Of a stretch of 64,000 nucleotides of DNA, positions 63,310-64,000 are shown in pieces; the stretch's first letter is position 1, and each line of letters opens with the position of its first letter. Both the position numbers and the translations under genes were made by a program. The DNA is from Paraphysomonas bandaiensis (Eukaryota > Protista > Chrysophyceae): the NCBI GenBank assembly GCA_965644295.1, contig CBFFRP010000123.1, forward strand, positions 248,001 through 312,000, written 5' to 3'. Below the pieces are notes generated by a model. That model was not told the DNA's origin and ran no database searches. It worked only from the letters and a program-made list of their open reading frames with translations.

Positions 63310-63850
63310 CTTCCCACTCAACAAAGTCGAACTCGCACCTTTTTGTGGTGTTCTGGGAGATACGTACCGGAGATACTAAATTGTTCTGCCCAATCATCGC
63401 CAAATACTTGTGTAGTACAATGAACACTCATAAAAGTGTCGCTTGTGTAGACTTCTTTGGGCCTTGGAGAATAAACAGATCCACCTCAAGGGCATCTGGA
63501 GTATTGCGTGCTGTGTGCTGTCTAATGAAATCAAGCATCCGAGCTATTCACCTCAAGGACGAGTAACCGTATCCTTTAATGGTAATGGCACTAATGGCCA
63601 TTATAATTGCCGGGAACTGGACTACCATTTATGGGTCATTAATGGTTACCAGTTACCTGGTCCGGAGTGAAAGTGGTTGCACCATGGACCATGATGCTTG
63701 CGGTGACGCACAAGCTGCTTTTGTAGCACCAAATAGTAGGATATCAGCAGAGTTAAGCACTAGTTAGTTAAATCTTTTTGCTACATCAGTTCTGACTCTT
63801 ACACGTCTATTTGCTACAGTCAGGTATTCACTACTATAACTAGAGTCCAT
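63310..63850. repeat. Repeat X copy (reverse orientation) containing a degenerate family B MITE at about 63554-63659
   Basis: Reverse-complement homology to 32400-32765; embedded TAATGGCCATTATAATTGCCGGGAACTGGACTACC...GGTTACCAG. Confidence 0.7.
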
Positions 63851-64000
63851 TGTTAGCTGCACTGTGTATAGTTTATCGTTTATCATAAACATCAAATAAA
63901 TATGTAATTCTAACAGGTATAGATAAATTAATTCTTGAAACGACTAGTCGCACTAGCTTCATTGATACAGCTTACAACACAACCATAAGTAGAACCATGA

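Noticed and set aside
63320-63345. tRNA/SINE B-box-like GTTCGA
   Set aside because: No cloverleaf or A-box could be built.

Overview
Gene-dense eukaryotic nuclear DNA with short GT-AG introns (mostly about 45-65 nt), the standard genetic code and AT-rich, microsatellite-rich intergenic DNA. The gene content (CFAP52-like flagellar gene, plant-type MAP2K, a giant secreted Gly-rich/GH43 protein) suggests a flagellated protist, probably a stramenopile; this is inference. About 19 protein-coding genes are supported, including RPF1, two EF-hand proteins, an EHD-PH fusion, a MAP2K, a DysF-PH protein, an S28 peptidase, a bacterial-type alpha/beta hydrolase, two 5-repeat Myb paralogs, a GH63-like hydrolase and a BIG/Sec7 Arf-GEF. 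Mobile DNA includes the 5' end of a Ty1/copia element missed by the ORF track, three hAT families (elements with 8-bp TSDs in each, one nested three levels deep), MITEs and an unclassified dispersed repeat. The most striking item is a Pif1 helicase gene (24411-26633) with two N-terminal RNase H1-type RNA:DNA hybrid-binding domains and a G-patch motif inserted in the helicase 2B region, a candidate R-loop-directed helicase/adaptor. Second are the two 5R-Myb genes with apparent mitochondrial presequences. All calls come from manual motif reading; no searches were run and exon boundaries are approximate.
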